From: Sphaerochaetaceae bacterium
GTDB taxonomy: Bacteria > Spirochaetota > Spirochaetia > Sphaerochaetales > Sphaerochaetaceae
Direction of reading: 5' to 3'
Length of the DNA: 64,000 nt
Assembly: GCA_045615505.1 (NCBI GenBank)
Contig: JAZLEZ010000008.1
Span: 12,507 to 76,506 of the forward strand
A program made the translations under genes and the position numbers. Below are positions 38,598 through 49,600 of this stretch, in pieces; positions within the stretch are counted from its first letter, which is position 1, and each line of letters opens with the position of its first letter. Under the pieces are notes generated by a model. It was not told the DNA's origin. It made no database searches and saw only the letters and a program-made list of their open reading frames with translations.

Positions 38598-38963
38598 CTA
38601 CAACACTTCCGGAGCCAGAGAAACAATCTTCATAAAGCCATCTCTCAATTCACGAGCGACCGGCCCGAAAATGCGTTTTCCGGTTGGGTTATTGTTGGCA
38701 TCAATGATGACGCAAGCGTTATCATCGAACCTGATATATGTACCGTCAGGTCTGCGGTATTCCTTCTTTGTTCTGACGATTACTGCCTTCAGGACTTCAC
38801 CTTTTTTGATGGCTCCGTTAGGAAGTGCGTCTTTAACAGCAACTACAATAATGTCACCTACACCGGCAACATATCTGTGGCTGCCGCCCAATACCTTAAT
38901 ACACTGAACAAGTCTGGCACCCGAGTTGTCAGCAACGTTCAGATATGACTGCATCTGTACCAT
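38598..38963 (-). CDS. rplN: 50S ribosomal protein L14
   Basis: '[27 protein letters not shown]'. Confidence 0.95.
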   Translation of the reverse strand: MVQMQSYLNVADNSGARLVQCIKVLGGSHRYVAGVGDIIVVAVKDALPNGAIKKGEVLKAVIVRTKKEYRRPDGTYIRFDDNACVIIDANNNPTGKRIFGPVARELRDGFMKIVSLAPEVL

Positions 38964-38979
38964 AGCTAATCTCCTCTAC

Positions 38980-39231
38980 TTACTTGGCTCTCTCAATAAT
39001 CTGAGAAAGTCTCCAGCACTTGTCTTTGCTGATATGGCGGCATTCAACTACACGAACTGTATCACCCTCATGAGCATCATTCTTCTCATCATGTGCCTTA
39101 AGCTTCTTTGTAGTTGTAACATACTTCTTGTACAGTGGGTGCAAACTTCTGTTATGGACAGTAACAACAATGGTCTTGTCCATCTTGTCGCTTGTTACCA
39201 CACCTGTGAAACTCTTTTTATTAGATTCCAT
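38980..39231 (-). CDS. rpsQ: 30S ribosomal protein S17
   Basis: 'FTGVVTSDKMDKTIVVTV...HPLYKKY...KAHDE'. Confidence 0.93.
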   Translation of the reverse strand: MESNKKSFTGVVTSDKMDKTIVVTVHNRSLHPLYKKYVTTTKKLKAHDEKNDAHEGDTVRVVECRHISKDKCWRLSQIIERAK

Positions 39232-39247
39232 AAAACCTGCGCCTCAC

Positions 39248-39451
39248 TTATTTTGCTTTGCGGATACCCAAAGCATATTCGCTGATAAGGGTGTTGAGTC
39301 TTGCAATCTGTCTTCTTGCAGTACGCACCTGAAGAGGATTATCTACATGACCAAGAACCTTATCCATTCTCATTTTCAAATAACTCTTGCGAAGCTCATC
39401 TCGCTTTGCTACGAGTTCGTCATAGGATAATTTTGCAAATGAATTCTTCAT
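39248..39451 (-). CDS. rpmC: 50S ribosomal protein L29
   Basis: 67 aa, helical. Contains 'ELVAKRDELRKSYLKMRM' and lies between rplP and rpsQ. Confidence 0.9.
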   Translation of the reverse strand: MKNSFAKLSYDELVAKRDELRKSYLKMRMDKVLGHVDNPLQVRTARRQIARLNTLISEYALGIRKAK

Positions 39452-39870
39452 TATTCTTCAATCCCCCTCTTAACAACAATTTTTGCCTTGATAGGGAGCT
39501 TCTGAGCTGCACGGGAAAGAGCTTCTCTTGCAGTAGCTTCATCAACTTCACCCATTTCGAACATTACGGCACCTGTTTTGACAACAGCTACCCAACCTTC
39601 CGGGGAACCCTTACCGTTACCCTGTCTTGTACCGATAGGCTTTGATGTATAAGGCATATCAGGGAAAATTCTGATATAAACTTTTCCACCACGCTTTGTA
39701 TGACGGGTCATAGCAACACGGGCTGCTTCAATCTGACGGTTGGTAATCCATCTGGGTTCGAGAGCTACAAGACCGTATTCACCGAATTCAACAGTATTAC
39801 CGCGATGTGCAACACCGTCTCTTATTCCTCTCTGCTTCTTTCTATACTTTACTCTTTTAGGACTAAGCAT
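39451..39870 (-). CDS. rplP: 50S ribosomal protein L16
   Basis: '[15 protein letters not shown]...[16 protein letters not shown]'. Confidence 0.95.
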   Translation of the reverse strand: MLSPKRVKYRKKQRGIRDGVAHRGNTVEFGEYGLVALEPRWITNRQIEAARVAMTRHTKRGGKVYIRIFPDMPYTSKPIGTRQGNGKGSPEGWVAVVKTGAVMFEMGEVDEATAREALSRAAQKLPIKAKIVVKRGIEE

Positions 39871-39881
39871 TTCGGATTACC

Positions 39882-40586
39882 TCACTGTTTGTCTTCGTTA
39901 GCTGATTCAGGATTCTGTTTGACGAGAAGACCTGCATCATCTTTCTTGACTTTGTCGTAGATTTCACCGTTGAAAACCCATACTTTTACGCCAATGGCGC
40001 CAAAAGATGTATTTCCTGTTGCAAAACCGTAATCGATATCACTTCTCAGAGTATGAAGAGGCACTCTACCTTCCTTCATCCATTCTGAACGAGCAATTTC
40101 AGCTCCGCCGAGACGGCCTGAAAGTCTGATTTTAATACCTTGAACACCGGCTGACATTGCCTTCGAAATAGCAGCCTTCATAGCTCTCTTGTAAGCCACA
40201 CGACCGGCTAACTGCTTGGCGATACTCTGAGCAATAAGCTGAGCATCCTTTTCACCGTGTTCAATACTCTTGATCTTGACCTGTACTTTCTTTTCAGAGA
40301 ACTTCTGAAGTTCTGCACAAATCTTTTCAATATTGGCACCTTTCTGTCCAATAATGACACCTGGGCGGCTTGTACTGATTGTAACAGTAATGCGCTGAGG
40401 CTTTCTTGAAATTTCAACATCGGAAATTTCAGCACCCTGAACTTCAGGAAGCTTTACAAGTTCTTTTCTCAGCTTAAGATCTTCATGAAGAGTTTCTGCA
40501 TACTCTTTTGGATCTACAAACCACTTACTTTTCCATGTCTTGTTGACTCCGAGGCGGAGTCCAATAGGATTAACTTTCTGTCCCAT
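39882..40586 (-). CDS. rpsC: 30S ribosomal protein S3
   Basis: '[23 protein letters not shown]' with KH and S3-C domains. Confidence 0.95.
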   Translation of the reverse strand: MGQKVNPIGLRLGVNKTWKSKWFVDPKEYAETLHEDLKLRKELVKLPEVQGAEISDVEISRKPQRITVTISTSRPGVIIGQKGANIEKICAELQKFSEKKVQVKIKSIEHGEKDAQLIAQSIAKQLAGRVAYKRAMKAAISKAMSAGVQGIKIRLSGRLGGAEIARSEWMKEGRVPLHTLRSDIDYGFATGNTSFGAIGVKVWVFNGEIYDKVKKDDAGLLVKQNPESANEDKQ

Positions 40587-40937
40587 TTATTCCTCCACAC
40601 TTTCGCTGACTTCAACAGTGATGTGAGACATTCTCTTAAGAAGGATATCTCTCTTTCCGTGTGATCTTGCCCATACTCTCTTGAGAACAGGACCGCCGTC
40701 AATGTAGATTGCAGAAACTTTGAGCTGACTTTCGTCAAGCTTGTTGTTCTGATACATTGCATTTGCGCCGGCACTCTCAAGAACTTTAAGAATAAGTCGG
40801 GCACCTTTCTGCGGCATTGCCATGAGAATGCCATAAGCCTCTTCATAACCCTTGCCTCTTACAAGATTAGCTACCGGGCGTACTTTGCTCGGAGAAACCA
40901 TAAGATACTTTGCACAAGCTTTATAAGTCTTTGCCAT
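40587..40937 (-). CDS. rplV: 50S ribosomal protein L22
   Basis: '...SPSKVRPVANLVRGK...A..IL' pattern; lies between rpsS and rpsC. Confidence 0.92.
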   Translation of the reverse strand: MAKTYKACAKYLMVSPSKVRPVANLVRGKGYEEAYGILMAMPQKGARLILKVLESAGANAMYQNNKLDESQLKVSAIYIDGGPVLKRVWARSHGKRDILLKRMSHITVEVSESVEE

Positions 40938-40948
40938 ACAATCTCTCC

Positions 40949-41257
40949 TTAACTAGCACTCGGTGCCGGTGCTGATTTCTTATCTGCACTCTTGTCAGAT
41001 CCGGAATGTCCGCGGAATACTCTTGTAGGTGCAAATTCACCGAGCTTATGACCGACGAGGTTTTCTGTAACATAAACAGGAATCCAAGTTTTTCCGTTAT
41101 ACACAGATATTGTTAAATTAACCATTTCAGGAATAATGACCGAACTGCGAGAGTATGTCTTAATCATCTCGGCTTTTGAAGCATTCGCTGCAGCAGCCTC
41201 AACTCTCTTAAGGAGTCTTTCTTCTACAAACGGTCCCTTTTTAATTGATCTACCCAC
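40949..41257 (-). CDS. rpsS: 30S ribosomal protein S19
   Basis: '[19 protein letters not shown]...[28 protein letters not shown]'. Confidence 0.95.
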   Translation of the reverse strand: MGRSIKKGPFVEERLLKRVEAAAANASKAEMIKTYSRSSVIIPEMVNLTISVYNGKTWIPVYVTENLVGHKLGEFAPTRVFRGHSGSDKSADKKSAPAPSAS

Positions 41258-41267
41258 GTTCTAACTC

Positions 41268-42092
41268 CTACTTGCGCTTCTTAACAATAAAACTGTTAGA
41301 AGGTTTCTTCTTTGAACGAGTCTTGGCACCCTTGGTCGGTTTTCCCCAAGGAGTAACCGGATGACGTCCAGCTGCGGTCTTACCTTCACCACCACCATGC
41401 GGGTGATCTACAGGGTTCATTACAACACCACGAACTTTAGGTCTTCTTCCGAGGTGGCGACTTGCACCGGCCTTACCGAGAGATACGTTCATATGATCCT
41501 CGTTTCCGAGAATACCGATAGTTGCATAGCACTCACCAAAGACCATTCTCATTTCACCTGAAGGGAGACGAAGAGTAACATAATCGCCTTCCTTGGCAAC
41601 GATAACGGCACCGAGACCTGCACTGCGGACAATCTGTCCGCCGCGGCCAAGTGTGAGTTCAACATTGTGTACTGTCAGACCAAGGGGAATGTTCTTGAGG
41701 GGAAGTGCACATCCTGTCTTAAGAGGGGCTTCAGGTCCGCTGACAACTGTCATTCCGACTGTAAGTCCTTTAGGAGCAAGCATATAGCGCTTCTCGCCGT
41801 CTGCATAGAATACCAATGCAATGTTTGCACTGCGGTTCGGATCGTATTCAATTGTTTTTACTGTTCCGGGTACACCAATCTTGTCGCGCTTGAAATCAAT
41901 GACTCTGTATGAGCGCTTGACTCCGCCGCCGCGTCTTCTGACACTGATACGACCGAAACAGTCTCTGCCTGCATTTTTATGCAGATGACTTGTTAATGAT
42001 TTTTCCGGCTTGTCAGCAGTAATGTCGCTTCTGACAAGAACTGTCTTCTGACGGAGACCCGGTGTATTTGGTTTATATGATTTCAATGCCAT
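41268..42092 (-). CDS. rplB: 50S ribosomal protein L2
   Basis: '[15 protein letters not shown]...', '[14 protein letters not shown]'. Confidence 0.96.
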   Translation of the reverse strand: MALKSYKPNTPGLRQKTVLVRSDITADKPEKSLTSHLHKNAGRDCFGRISVRRRGGGVKRSYRVIDFKRDKIGVPGTVKTIEYDPNRSANIALVFYADGEKRYMLAPKGLTVGMTVVSGPEAPLKTGCALPLKNIPLGLTVHNVELTLGRGGQIVRSAGLGAVIVAKEGDYVTLRLPSGEMRMVFGECYATIGILGNEDHMNVSLGKAGASRHLGRRPKVRGVVMNPVDHPHGGGEGKTAAGRHPVTPWGKPTKGAKTRSKKKPSNSFIVKKRK

Positions 42093-42110
42093 ATTCTTAA
42101 GTCTCCTCTA

Positions 42111-42413
42111 TCATACACCTTCGATGGCATTAATCATTTCACCCTTCTTGAGTGTAACGATAGCCTTCTTCCAGCTTGACTTATGACCCTTAATATAACC
42201 GCCCTTTCCTCTTGAGAATTTAGGCTTTCCGGCTACATTAATTACATTACAATCTGTAGGATTAACGTTGAAAACTTCTTTAACAGCGTTCATAATCTCG
42301 AACTTGTTTGCATCTGCGTTAACCTTGAATGTATATTTCTTACATTCCTGTTCACGAGCGATATTTGATTTTTCGCTGAGAATAGGTTCAATAATTACCT
42401 GATCTGCTCTCAT
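42111..42413 (-). CDS. rplW: 50S ribosomal protein L23
   Basis: 'IIEPILSEKS...KYTFKV...ANKFEIMNAVKEVFNV'. Confidence 0.92.
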   Translation of the reverse strand: MRADQVIIEPILSEKSNIAREQECKKYTFKVNADANKFEIMNAVKEVFNVNPTDCNVINVAGKPKFSRGKGGYIKGHKSSWKKAIVTLKKGEMINAIEGV

Positions 42414-42424
42414 ATCTATACCTC

Positions 42425-43054
42425 TCAGTCACAGTAGAACTCATTAAGGTTCTTTGCTGCAGATTCAAGAACAACAACCTTCTTTCCGTAAAGGAGTTCC
42501 TTTGCAGAGAGTTTGTCGTATGCAAGAACATGCAGGTAAGGAATATTCTTTGAAGCACGGCGAATCATAGCGTCATCATTTGCCATAATGACAACTGTTC
42601 TCTGCTCGTCCTTGGAGAAATTCTTAATAATTGCATCCATATCCTTCGTTTTTCCGCTTTCAATGGTGAAATCTTCTACAACTACCATGCGGTCTTCCTT
42701 AACAGAAAGTGTAAGGAGTGACTTCATTGCAGTTCTCTTCATCTTTCTAGGCATTGAAAAGGAGTAATCTCTGGGTCTCGGTCCGAAAATCGTACCGCCG
42801 CCAACAAAAATAGGAGATTTCTTGTCACCTCTTCTGGCGTTACCTGTTCCCTTCTGCTTGAAAGGTTTTGTGTTACTGTAATTAACTTCGGCGCGTGTCT
42901 TTGTACATGCAGTACCGACTCTGCGATTTGCAAGTTCGTTATTTACAGCATAATAAATACAGCCGTCACTGACCTGAACATCAAATACGTCTGCATTCAG
43001 TTCAACAGTCTTTTCCGTGACTTTTCCATCTGTTGCATAAACTTTTGCTTCCAT
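42425..43054 (-). CDS. rplD: 50S ribosomal protein L4
   Basis: 'KPFKQKGTGNARRGDKKSPIFVGGGTIFGPRPRDY'. Confidence 0.94.
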   Translation of the reverse strand: MEAKVYATDGKVTEKTVELNADVFDVQVSDGCIYYAVNNELANRRVGTACTKTRAEVNYSNTKPFKQKGTGNARRGDKKSPIFVGGGTIFGPRPRDYSFSMPRKMKRTAMKSLLTLSVKEDRMVVVEDFTIESGKTKDMDAIIKNFSKDEQRTVVIMANDDAMIRRASKNIPYLHVLAYDKLSAKELLYGKKVVVLESAAKNLNEFYCD

Positions 43055-43064
43055 ACTTCAGTCC

Positions 43065-43682
43065 TTATTTCTTAACAGCTTTTTTGACTACAACAGTGCT
43101 CTGACTAGGTCCGGGAATAGCACCCTTGACCATGAGAACCTGAAGATTTTCATCAACACGGACAACTCTGAGGTTCTGTACTGTAACAGTTTCATTACCC
43201 ATGTGGCCTGCCATCTTCTTTCCCTTGAATGTTCTTGCAGGGGTAGAACTCATTGCTGTACCACCGAGATCCCTGTGAAACTTTGAACCGTGAGTCTTGC
43301 GTCCTCCGGCGAAACCATGACGCTTCATACCGCCCTGGTATCCTTTACCTTTTGAAGTGCCGGTTACATCAACGAATCTGATTTCGTTGAAAAGATCAAC
43401 ACCGAGAACATCTCCTATCTGGACTTCTTTTTCATAATCACGGAATTCCATAAGTGTTCTGAGTGCTTTTTTATCTTTAAACTGTCCGGCATATGGCTTT
43501 GTTGCACGGGATTCTTTAATCTCGCCGGAACCGAGAACAGCAGCATTGTAACCGTTTGTCTGTTCGGTTCTCTGTGCAACAACTATGTTGCCTTCTACTT
43601 TAATGACAGTGACAGGAGTAAGTCTTCCCTTATCATCGAAGACCTGTGTCATGCCAACTTTCTTTCCGATAAGCCCTAACAT
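43065..43682 (-). CDS. rplC: 50S ribosomal protein L3
   Basis: '[16 protein letters not shown]...', '[17 protein letters not shown]'. Confidence 0.95.
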   Translation of the reverse strand: MLGLIGKKVGMTQVFDDKGRLTPVTVIKVEGNIVVAQRTEQTNGYNAAVLGSGEIKESRATKPYAGQFKDKKALRTLMEFRDYEKEVQIGDVLGVDLFNEIRFVDVTGTSKGKGYQGGMKRHGFAGGRKTHGSKFHRDLGGTAMSSTPARTFKGKKMAGHMGNETVTVQNLRVVRVDENLQVLMVKGAIPGPSQSTVVVKKAVKK

Positions 43683-43693
43683 CTCTTACCTCA

Positions 43694-44002
43694 TTACTGT
43701 TTAATCTCTACATCAACACCGGCAGGGAGTTCAAGTTTCATAAGAGCTTCCATAACCTTGTCTGTAGGATCCAAAATATCGATCAATCTCTTGTGTGTTC
43801 TCATTTCAAACTGCTCGCGTGATTTTTTGTTTACGAACGGAGATTTGAGAACTGTAATTTTATTGATACGGGTTGGGAGAGGAACCGGACCGGAAACCTT
43901 TGCACCGGCCTTTACTACTGTATCTACAATGGACATTGAACTCTGTTCAACAAGTTCAACATCAAAACCTCTCAGTCTAACGCGAATTCTATCGTTAGCC
44001 AT
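43694..44002 (-). CDS. rpsJ: 30S ribosomal protein S10
   Basis: ORF 43694..44035. I moved the start to the ATG at 44002 ([14 protein letters not shown]), which has a GGAGGA RBS. Confidence 0.94.
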   Translation of the reverse strand: MANDRIRVRLRGFDVELVEQSSMSIVDTVVKAGAKVSGPVPLPTRINKITVLKSPFVNKKSREQFEMRTHKRLIDILDPTDKVMEALMKLELPAGVDVEIKQ

Positions 44003-44011
44003 TTTTCCTCC

Positions 44012-44052
44012 AAAAAAAACAGGTCTTACCCGCACAATCCGGCGGGCAAGAC
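44012..44052 (-). terminator. Strong intrinsic terminator or attenuator between tuf and rpsJ
   Basis: On the minus strand there is an 11-bp stem, GTCTTGCCCGC-8 nt-GCGGGTAAGAC, followed by CTGTTTTTTTTGGAGG. The U-tract runs directly into the rpsJ Shine-Dalgarno. Confidence 0.65.
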
Positions 44053-44064
44053 ATTCGATTTTAA

Positions 44065-45255
44065 TTATTCTGTAATTTCAGTTACCTGACCAGAAGCAAC
44101 TGTTCTTCCGCCTTCACGAATAGCGAAGCGAAGACCCTTATCCATAGCAATCGGGTGAATCAGTTCAACAATAATTGAAGTATGATCACCAGGCATAATC
44201 ATTGAAACGCCTTCAGGAAGGTTAACTGTTCCTGTAACATCTGTTGTTCTGAAATAGAACTGAGGTCTATAACCGCCGACAAATGCTGAGTGACGACCAC
44301 CTTCTTCCTTTGTAAGAACGTAAACCTGTCCGACAAACTTTGTGTGAGGAGTAATTGTTTTAGGCTTAGCAAGAACCTGACCGCGAATAACTTCCTTCTT
44401 ATCAACACCACGGAGAAGAGCACCGATGTTATCACCGGCCTGACCTTCGTCGAGGAGCTTGTTGAACATTTCAACTCCTGTTACAACTGTATCTCTTGTT
44501 TCATGAATACCGACGATCTGAACAGGGTCGTTAACATGAATAACACCTCTTTCAACTCTACCTGTTACAACTGTACCACGGCCGGAAATTGAGAAGATGT
44601 CTTCAATAGGCATGAGGAACGGAAGATCTGTAGCTCTTGCAGGAAGCGGAATGTATGAATCCATAGCGTCAAGGAGGTCCTGAATACACTTTGTATTCTC
44701 AGGCTTGTCGCTTTCTGTCATAGCAAGGTAAGCACTACCGCGGATAACAGGACACTTGTCACCGTCGAAACCGTTGTTTGTAAGGACTTCTCTTACTTCT
44801 TCTTCAACAAGATCTACGAGTTCAGGATCATCAACCTGATCGCACTTATTAAGGAAAACAATAATTGTAGGTACACCAACCTGTCTTGCGAGCAGGATGT
44901 GTTCTCTTGTCTGAGCCATAACACCGTCAGAAGCTGCTACTACGAGAACAGCACCATCCATCTGTGCAGCACCTGTAATCATGTTCTTGATGTAGTCTGC
45001 GTGGCCCGGGCAGTCAACGTGAGCATAGTGTCTTGCGTCAGACTGATACTCAACATGTCTTGTGTTGATTGTGATACCTCTCTCCTTCTCTTCCGGAGCG
45101 TTATCAATTTCATCATAGTTCAGAACCTTATCTCCGAACTTCTTTGCGCAATACATTGTGATTGCAGCAGTAAGTGTTGTTTTACCATGGTCAACATGAC
45201 CGATAGTACCAACGTTTACGTGTGGCTTAGTTCTCTCAAACTTCTCTTTAGCCAT
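44065..45255 (-). CDS. tuf: Elongation factor Tu
   Basis: ORF 44065..45282. I moved the start to the ATG at 45255 ([27 protein letters not shown]), which has an AAGGAGGA RBS. Contains 'DCPGHADY' and 'NKCD'. Confidence 0.97.
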   Translation of the reverse strand: MAKEKFERTKPHVNVGTIGHVDHGKTTLTAAITMYCAKKFGDKVLNYDEIDNAPEEKERGITINTRHVEYQSDARHYAHVDCPGHADYIKNMITGAAQMDGAVLVVAASDGVMAQTREHILLARQVGVPTIIVFLNKCDQVDDPELVDLVEEEVREVLTNNGFDGDKCPVIRGSAYLAMTESDKPENTKCIQDLLDAMDSYIPLPARATDLPFLMPIEDIFSISGRGTVVTGRVERGVIHVNDPVQIVGIHETRDTVVTGVEMFNKLLDEGQAGDNIGALLRGVDKKEVIRGQVLAKPKTITPHTKFVGQVYVLTKEEGGRHSAFVGGYRPQFYFRTTDVTGTVNLPEGVSMIMPGDHTSIIVELIHPIAMDKGLRFAIREGGRTVASGQVTEITE

Positions 45256-45579
45256 CATGTCCTCCTTGTGACCTTTTGTCACAAATCCAAAAATAATAAA
45301 TGAATGTGCTCTAAAGGCACAAAGCCTTTACCAACTATCCACTGAGACAAACTGATACTGATTTAAAGATTTGAAAGAAGTTTCCAGAGGTCGAACAACT
45401 GCCGTCGCAGAAATTCCACATAGCACAAGTTATAAAAAACTGCGTTTCTGGAACCACCTTATCACCCCTAAAATGATCGGTTTGGCTCTAGATCTCACTC
45501 TTTCCGTCACATTTAGGGTATGCCGGAGGCGAGACACCTCGAACAAGGTATCATAAATATACAAAATATGTCAACAGAA
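45256..45579 (-). other. Unassigned non-coding spacer or long tuf 5' leader, relatively G+C-rich, with several helix candidates
   Basis: No credible ORF in any frame. Complementary segments on the minus strand: CCCTAAAT/ATTTTAGGGG, TTCCAGA/TCTGGAA, CGCAG/CTGCG, AAAGGC/GCCTTT, and GTGAC/GTCAC directly 5' of the SD. Confidence 0.4.
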
Positions 45580-45625
45580 AAAATAAGACAAAAATAAGGA
45601 GTCATTGCAACTGCAACAACTCCTT
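45580..45625 (-). terminator. Rho-independent terminator after rpsG
   Basis: On the minus strand: AAGGAGTTGTTGCAGTTGCAATGACTCCTT followed by ATTTTTGTCTTATTTTTT. Confidence 0.65.
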
Positions 45626-45646
45626 TCACAATACAAACAAAAGAAA

Positions 45647-46117
45647 TCAGAATCTGATGTGGCTGAAAACCTTGTTTGCTTCTGCCATTCTGTGCATTTC
45701 TTCTTTCTTCTTGAATGCTGTACCGGTATTTGCGTAAGCATCGAGCATTTCTGCTGCAAGCTTCTCACTCATTGACTTACCGGCTCTGCCGCGTGCAGCA
45801 GCAATAATCCAACGCATGGCAAGAGCTTCACGTCTGGTTTCTCTGATTTCAGTAGGAACCTGATATGTTGCGCCGCCGACACGCTTTGACTTTACTTCAA
45901 TCACAGGCTTTACATTGTCCAAAGCCTTTCCGAAAACATCAATAGGTGCTTCGCCGGATTTTTCACCCATAATTTTCATTGCATCGTATAAAATGCGTGA
46001 ACTTACAGACTTCTTTCCGTCAAGCATCATGCGATTGATGAATTTCTCAACTGTAACACTGTTGTAAACAGAATCCGGAAGGATTTCTCTGACAGATGCT
46101 TTTGTTCTTCTAGACAT
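45647..46117 (-). CDS. rpsG: 30S ribosomal protein S7
   Basis: 'MSRRTKASVREILPDSVYNS..VEKFINRMMLDGKKS'. Confidence 0.95.
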   Translation of the reverse strand: MSRRTKASVREILPDSVYNSVTVEKFINRMMLDGKKSVSSRILYDAMKIMGEKSGEAPIDVFGKALDNVKPVIEVKSKRVGGATYQVPTEIRETRREALAMRWIIAAARGRAGKSMSEKLAAEMLDAYANTGTAFKKKEEMHRMAEANKVFSHIRF

Positions 46118-46132
46118 ATCAAATCCTCCTCA

Positions 46133-46507
46133 TCAAGCCTTAGGCTTCTTTGCACCGTATTTGGAACGGCTTCTCTTTCTGTCTTCGACACCCTGAGTAT
46201 CCTTTGTACCACGGATAATGTGATAACGAACACCAGGAAGGTCTTTGACTCTTCCGCCACGAATGAGAACAACCGAGTGTTCCTGAAGGTTATGACCAAT
46301 ACCAGGAATATAAGCTGTTACTTCAATACCGTTTGACAAACGTACACGGGCAACCTTTCTAAGAGCTGAGTTCGGCTTCTTAGGGGTTACTGTCATAACC
46401 TTTGTGCAAACACCACGTTTCTGAGGGCAACTTTCCAAAGCAGGAGACTTTGTCTTGCTTTTAGGAGTTGAACGGCCCTTTCTGATCAACTGGTTAATTG
46501 TCGGCAT
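46133..46507 (-). CDS. rpsL: 30S ribosomal protein S12
   Basis: '[12 protein letters not shown]...[31 protein letters not shown]'. Confidence 0.97.
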   Translation of the reverse strand: MPTINQLIRKGRSTPKSKTKSPALESCPQKRGVCTKVMTVTPKKPNSALRKVARVRLSNGIEVTAYIPGIGHNLQEHSVVLIRGGRVKDLPGVRYHIIRGTKDTQGVEDRKRSRSKYGAKKPKA

Positions 46508-46655
46508 CTGTTTGATACCCTCCTCACCGTATACAACGCTACTCTCAAGGAGTACAACTGCTGCATACGCAATCTATCCGGCATACGCCGGCTGTAAACT
46601 ATTTATCAGCACCCCGGAAAAACCGGCGCACGGGTAAGCAGAATATCACATCTGC

Positions 46656-49600
46656 TTACTCTTCGTCCATATCTTCAGAAGAAAAATCCTCTTCGTCGAT
46701 ATACTCCTCATCCAGTCCAAGTTCCTCAGGGATATCACTTAAGTCATCATCCCTGCTCATCTCTTCTCGATGTTCCTGAAGCTGCAGTTCTGCTTCTCTC
46801 AACAGAGCTTCATCTTTAAGTTTTACATCTCTGTAACACTTCATACCCGTTCCTGCAGGAATAAGATGTCCGATAATGACATTTTCCTTAAGACCTCTGA
46901 GCTCATCCTTACTGCCGGAAATGGCAGCATTTGTAAGGACTCTTGTTGTCTCCTGGAATGATGCGGCAGAAACAAATGAATCAATTGAAAGAGAAGCATG
47001 GGTAATACCCAGCAGACAAGGACAACCTACTGCAGGCTGACCGCCTCCTGCCAAGACTCTTGCATTTTCTTCATGGAAACGGAACTTATCAACACGCTGA
47101 CCCAGAATGAATTTAGAATCTCCGACTCTCTTGATTTCAATCTTTCTGAGCATCTGTCTTACAACAATACCCAGATGTTTATCATTGATATCTACACCCT
47201 GAAGTCTGTAAACTTCCCGAACTTCGTTGAGAAGGAACTGCTGAAGTTTGTTTTCTCCGAGAATTGCAAGAATATCATGAGGGTTGATATTACCATCACA
47301 AAGGCGTTCACCTGCTTCAACATAGTCTCCGTCTCTGACAAGAATATGCTTTCCGAGGAGAATCATATGTTTGTGAACTCTTCCGATTTCATCAGTAACA
47401 TCAATCTCTCTCTTTCCCTTTATGACCTTGCCGAACTTAACTTCACCGGAAACAGCAGCAAGAACTGCAACATTTCTCGGCTTTCTGGCTTCAAAAAGTT
47501 CTCCGACTCTCGGAAGACCACCCGTAATATCTTTTGTCTTTGCACCGGCTGTAAGCAACTTGGCAATAATATGACCTTTTTTTACGAGCTCGCCGTCCTG
47601 AACGAGAATGTATGATGAACCCGGAAGCAGATAAGAAATCTCTTTTCCCTTTTCATCCTTACAAGGCATTCCGTCTTCTCCGATAATCTGAAGAGCAGGT
47701 TCTGCGGATTCGATTACATGTTCTGTTACTCTGTATCCGATTGTACCTGTTTCTTCATTGACTTCCTTGATAAGTGTTGTACCGGAAATCAGGTCAACAA
47801 ACTGAATCATACCGTCGGACTCCGCAATGATAGGTTCACTGAACGGGTCGAATGTGATAATCGGTTCACCGGCTCTTACAATCTGACCTTCTTTGACATG
47901 GAGCTCAGCACCTGTTCTGGCAGAAATCTTCTCCTGAGGACCGTACTTCTTTGCCTTTTCATCGATAATGCTTCTGTAGAAAATATTACCCTTTCTTGTG
48001 AAAACATCAGCTGCAGAAATGTGTTCCGCTTCATCAGCTTCACGATGAACGGTATTACCCGTAATCTTATCGAGAATAATATCATACTTGAAAGCAACCT
48101 TATTTGCCTCTGCACTTGTTGAAGCTGTACCACCGACATGGAATGTTCTCATCGTAAGCTGAGTACCCGGCTGACCTATTGACTGAGCAGCAATGATACC
48201 AACAGCTTCTCCGACTCTTACAGGTCCGTTTGTTGCAAGGTTTCTGCCGTAACACTTTCGGCAAACACCATGTTTTGCCTCACATGTGAGAACTGATCTT
48301 ACAAATACTTTCTCGACACCGGCTGCTTCAATCTTCTTTGCTTCCTCGTCGGAAATTTCATGATCGATAGGAACGATAATCTCTCCTGTTGCAGGATTGA
48401 TTACATCTTCCAGTGTGTAGTGGCCTGTAATACGTTCCGAAAGGGAAGCAATAATTTCATCACTGTCCTCGTCCTTGATGGCAGATCTTTCAATACCGTT
48501 GATTGTTCCGCAGTCATCTTCATTTACAACGACATCCTGTGAAATATCTACAAGTCTTCTTGTGAGATATCCTGCTTCAGCTGTCTTGAGAGCTGTATCG
48601 GAAAGACCTTTACGGGCACCGTTTGTGGAAATGAAGAATTCAATGATTGAAAGTCCTTCCTTGAAGTTGGACTTAATAGGGAATTCAATGATATCTCCGT
48701 TCGGTTTTGCCATAAGACCACGCATACCGCCGAGCTGTCTTATCTGAGTCTTGGAACCTCTTGCACCCGAATCGGCCATAAGGAAGAGAGGGTTGAAACC
48801 GTTTTGGCTCCTTTCCATATCTTCCATAAGCTTGTCGGCAAGCTTTTCGTTAGCTTCAGACCATGTGGAAATGAGTGTATTGTAACGCTCTTCCTGAGAA
48901 ATCTGACCATGGTGATACTGATTGAGTACTTCTGTCTGCTTCCTGTTTGCAGCATCGATAATCTCTTTCTTTGCATCAGGAATAATCATATCGGAAAGAC
49001 CGATTGTTGCTCCGAATACAGTTGCATACTTATATCCAACATCTTTGATTGCATCAACAAGCTTACATACCGTTGAATTGGTTGTAAGATTGAGAACCTT
49101 TCCGATGAGTTTCTTAAGGTCCTTATCTCCGAAACACCTGTTCAAATCTCCGACAAATGTAATTCCGTCAACAGAAGGAAGTTCTTCTGCAAAAAGAAGC
49201 CTTCCCGGAGTCGTATAATCTTCAGGATCCTTGGGATACGAGAATCTATATCCGTCCGGCAATGTATAACCGATCTTTGCGTTGTAAGAAAGAACATTGT
49301 TTTCAATTGCCATACGGATTTCATCAAGATTGTTGTAGTATCTGCCCTGACCGAGGTCATTTTCCTTTTCTCTTGTAAGGTAGTTGATTCCCAAAACCAT
49401 ATCCTGTGACGGATAAACGATAGGTTTACCGTTTGCAGGGTCAAGAAGGTTTGTGGCAGAAAGCATCAAAGTCCAGCATTCCAACTGAGCAGCCTGAGTA
49501 AGAGGTACATGGATGGCCATCTGGTCTCCATCGAAGTCGGCATTGAATGCATGACATACAAGAGGATGGAGCTTAATTGCCTTTCCGTCAACAAGCACAG

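Noticed and set aside
45541-45574. A TTGACA hexamer downstream of the rpsG terminator, considered as the tuf promoter -35 element.
   Set aside because: No acceptable -10 hexamer lies at 16-18 nt spacing; the best candidate is GATACC. I did not annotate it as a promoter.
45256-45579. T-box riboswitch reading of the tuf leader, because AAGGUGGUUCCAG resembles the T-box core AGGGUGGUACCGCG.
   Set aside because: Only ~11 of 15 core positions match. I found no convincing Stem I, specifier loop or AG-bulge, and no terminator immediately 3' of the motif. tuf is also not a T-box-type target. I kept the region as an unassigned structured spacer.
45371-45646. ORF 45371..45556 (+), two small minus-strand peptides (a 31-aa MTPYFCLIF... 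starting in the rpsG terminator and a 28-aa MWNFCDGSC...), and a possible fusA pseudogene remnant.
   Set aside because: There is no usable RBS at correct spacing. The first peptide overlaps the terminator hairpin. I saw no EF-G-like motif in any frame.
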